Source: Paraspadella gotoi (lineage: Eukaryota > Animalia > Chaetognatha). From it: a stretch of 64,000 bases of DNA. The notes below the pieces were generated by a model. That model made no database searches and had not been told where the DNA came from. It worked only from the letters and a program-made list of their open reading frames with translations. Below, piece by piece: positions 61,036 through 64,000 of the stretch (the stretch's first letter is position 1; each line of letters starts with the position of its first letter). The stretch is from positions 75,282 through 139,281 of the forward strand of contig JBJCIZ010000035.1 in the NCBI GenBank assembly GCA_051294375.1. Direction: 5' to 3'. Both the position numbers and the translations under genes were made by a program.

Positions 61036-61609
61036 TAGTTTCGCAGTGATAGTCGGTCTTGGCAAGGCGGTCACGGCGCGGCGGCACGGAACAAGCCCGA
61101 TCGTAAGCGTTGCCCCATAAAGTCCATTGGCGGGAGTGGCGGTGATGCTGCCCAGAGTATTAATTCTTCTTTAAGAGGGGAAAAATGAGCTCCGCACCCC
61201 CAAGTCCCAGAATAGGCAACGCGGCGGCGCGGAAAATTAGAACCAAGGTGGCGATGGTTGGGGGCGCCGAAAAAAGGTATTACGACGGAAGACCGGAGGT
61301 TTTGCGCTGAAAATGCAGAAAGTGATCTACGGCGACTGAAAGTGGCGTTGAGCAGACGAATTCGGCCTCGGAGAGCGAAGAATACGCCGTCGACTAGGAG
61401 ACGGAGATTCGACGTCGTCGGAGGCGCGACGCGGACCGAGTGACACTTATCGTCAGAGACTTAAAAATGCTGAATTTAATTGGATAAAATATTTTTTATA
61501 ATTTTTTTATTTCAAATTTTTTAAAAAAATATATTTTATTATAAATTAATTATTATTAATATATTACTTTATAAAATTATATTTAAATTATTATATATTT
61601 AGCTAAAAC

Positions 61610-62000
61610 TTAATTTTAAACTTACCCCTTACCTAATTTATCTTTAACCTTAATTTACCCCCAACCCTAAATTTACCCCCAAACCAATTACCAACTAATT
61701 TACCAACAACCCTAATTTACCCCCAACTTAATCCGCCAATAATTTACCCCCTAACAATTCCAATCATCACCTAATTTTCTCCCAACCCTATTTTCGCATT
61801 AAACCCTAATTTTCCATTAACCTAACATAACTTTTACCATTAACCCTAATTACTTTATTAACCAATTTAACCCTAATTTACCATTAACCCTAATTTACCA
61901 TTAACCCTATTTACCATTAACCCTAATTTACATACCCAATTAATACCCTAACTTTACATTAACCCTAACTTACCATTAACCCTAACTTACCATTAACTTA
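61610..62000. repeat. 17-bp minisatellite (TAACCCTAATTTACCAT)
   Basis: Tandem units, each containing CCCTAA. Confidence 0.8.
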
Positions 62001-62129
62001 TCATTCTTTTTAACTTATATTTAATCTTAATTTTTTTTTAATTTAATTTTTTGCACAAAACTGTATATTAAATTTCATAACAAAGAATAACGCTGAAGAA
62101 GACTTGAATTAGAATCGAATCATGTCCAT

Positions 62130-62330
62130 TTTTTTCTTCGTCGTTGACGATAAGGCTTGAGACGGTCAGTGGAGTCGAGGCTTCGGCAGACTTCGGCAGA
62201 CTTCGGCCCGCGAAGTCGAGGCGAAAGAACGGCGCTTAAGAAACGATGGCCGTCGCGGCGGACGAGCGCATAGCGGCAACTTTGGAGGCCGCTCGGGATC
62301 ATTTGGGATGATTTGATTGAAGACAAGCGT
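62130..62330 (-). pseudogene. Gypsy integrase C-terminal remnant
   Basis: IPSGLQSCRYALVRRDGHR..LSPRLRGP..DRLKP aligns by eye with VPEDLATATHIFVRRGG..LTAAYEGP..ARIKP of the intact element. Confidence 0.7.
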
Positions 62331-63250
62331 CTTCAGTATTCGTATTCGGCAAATAGTTCTCAAACTATATCGACTGTTTTTAACTTAGTCGTGACTCCGG
62401 TCAAAACGCCCGCAGTTTTACCGAAACATCAAATTTCTAAAAATAACAATAAAAGTAGCTATTTAACGTAAAATCTATTCAATTATTATAAATTTTCTGA
62501 AAAAAATTTAAAATCGGGCGGAATAAATGTTAATAAACACGAAATCAACAACACCTCTGATTTCGTGAACCGCGGCTGGCTCGACGAAGTGCCATGGCTC
62601 TCGGTTTTGGTTCTGGGGTAACGTAAGTTTGCGCATTCAGGGCCGTGTAAAAGAGTCCTCGGAGGCAGAAAAAGTAAGGATTTCCTCTTATTTCATAATA
62701 AAAACACGTAAATTTTTCGAGTGCTCCACCCAGAAACATAAGACGTAGCAGAAATTGATCTCTCAGTCAGTTTAAAAGAACTAATTAAGACTGGCGACAC
62801 GCGGTGAATTAAGGCCCCGAAAAACTCTTTAACAGGATTGTTAAATTAACACAGCAAGCTTGGTAAAATTTAAAAAAAAATTAGATACCCTGTTTTTAGA
62901 CAAATCGAAAATCTATCTGACTGTGTAACCATATGTATATATTTAGTCTAGTCCCGAGGAGAACGAGTAAGTTCAAGTTAAACGAAAGCGAAAACGCCGT
63001 AAAAACCAGTCCACTTTGGGTCCATCGTAACCAATATCAAGATGACCCGAATTTTTCCGAGTGCTCAACCGGCACGGGCTTCCGCAAGCCCCCGCTTTCG
63101 ATCTAACAATTTTTATAAATATTTAATTTGGTCTTCAGGCGGGAAATTAAGAGGTGACCAAAAAAAAAGCGTGAAAACCGCGGAATCCCTGATCCCCCCC
63201 TCGCCCGAAACGAAAATTTTTTATCTATGAATATAATTTTTAGTATTTTT

Positions 63251-64000
63251 TTAGTCGGATCTGCTTATCAGCAGATCCCGACTCTATAACTCACTTTTTA
63301 TAACTCACTTTTTCGGTCCGTCGGTCCGCCCCTCAATATTGTCGGGCACACACTTATATCATGTCAGAACATCGAATTATGATAAATTATGCAAAAAAAA
63401 TGATGTCCGTCCGTCCGTCTGTCTGTCCGTCCGTCCGTCCGTCCGTCCCACCTTAGCAAAAACACCAATTACTCGTGATTGGATGGATGGATTTAATGAA
63501 ATTTTGTGTGTGGATAGGTAAGTGTGTGATTGAGCTGGATATTAAGTTCGATGGAATCGTCCGAGTGGAAATGAGTTTTAAATGGAAAAAACAAAAAAAA
63601 TATATTCACTATTTGAACACCAATTGCTCATGAGTGGATGGCTGATTGACCTGGAATTTTGTATGTGGGTAGGAAAGTGTGTGATTGAACAGGAAATCAA
63701 GTTTCGATGGAATAGTTTGAGTGAAATGAGTTTAAATGGAAAAAAACAAAAAACCTGTTTTACTAATTGATTATGCTTCTTTTTCCTTTTATATTAAATG
63801 TATCTGCAGATGTATTAATAAATCTAATAATTAATCAGTTAATTAATCAATTAGTAAATAATTAATCAATAATTAATTAATTAGTCAATCAATCCGTCCA
63901 TCCGTCCCATCTTAGCAAAAAGCTCCAATAACCGTGATTGGCTGGTTGGATTGGATTAAATTTTGTGTGTGGGTAGGAAAGTGTGTGATAAAGCTGGATA
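63251..64000 (+). mobile_element. Helentron/DINE-1-like element, runs off the window
   Basis: Same head hairpin and (GTCC)n tract as 27651. Confidence 0.7.

Noticed and set aside
61610-62000. Telomere-like CCCTAA repeats
   Set aside because: The hexamer is embedded in a 17-bp unit inside a retroelement remnant, not a pure telomeric array

Overview
AT-rich eukaryotic (invertebrate-like) genomic DNA dominated by nested transposable elements. Host genes: the last coding exon of SLC30A9/ZnT9 (14952-15257) and the first two coding exons of CDK8 (42569-42910). Retroelements: an intact CsRn1/Kabuki-type Ty3/gypsy element (2203-8131), a decayed gypsy-like element with a class I (F-like) env (~32.7-40.8 kb), a decayed chuvirus-like glycoprotein gene followed by a PPT/LTR (~53.1-55.0 kb), a solo LTR (29710-30600) and a minus-strand gypsy remnant (~59.6-63.1 kb). 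Also present: hAT, Tc1-like, Transib-like and Helentron-like non-autonomous elements, and Penelope-type repeats carrying hammerhead ribozyme motifs. The most unusual signal is that several different LTRs carry ~60-75 nt tRNA-like Pol III cassettes (A box, B box and, in most, an oligo-T stop) at or near an LTR terminus, pointing outward. Two N gaps and several indel-rich duplications or fold-backs look like long-read assembly artefacts. All calls were made by eye; no database searches were run.
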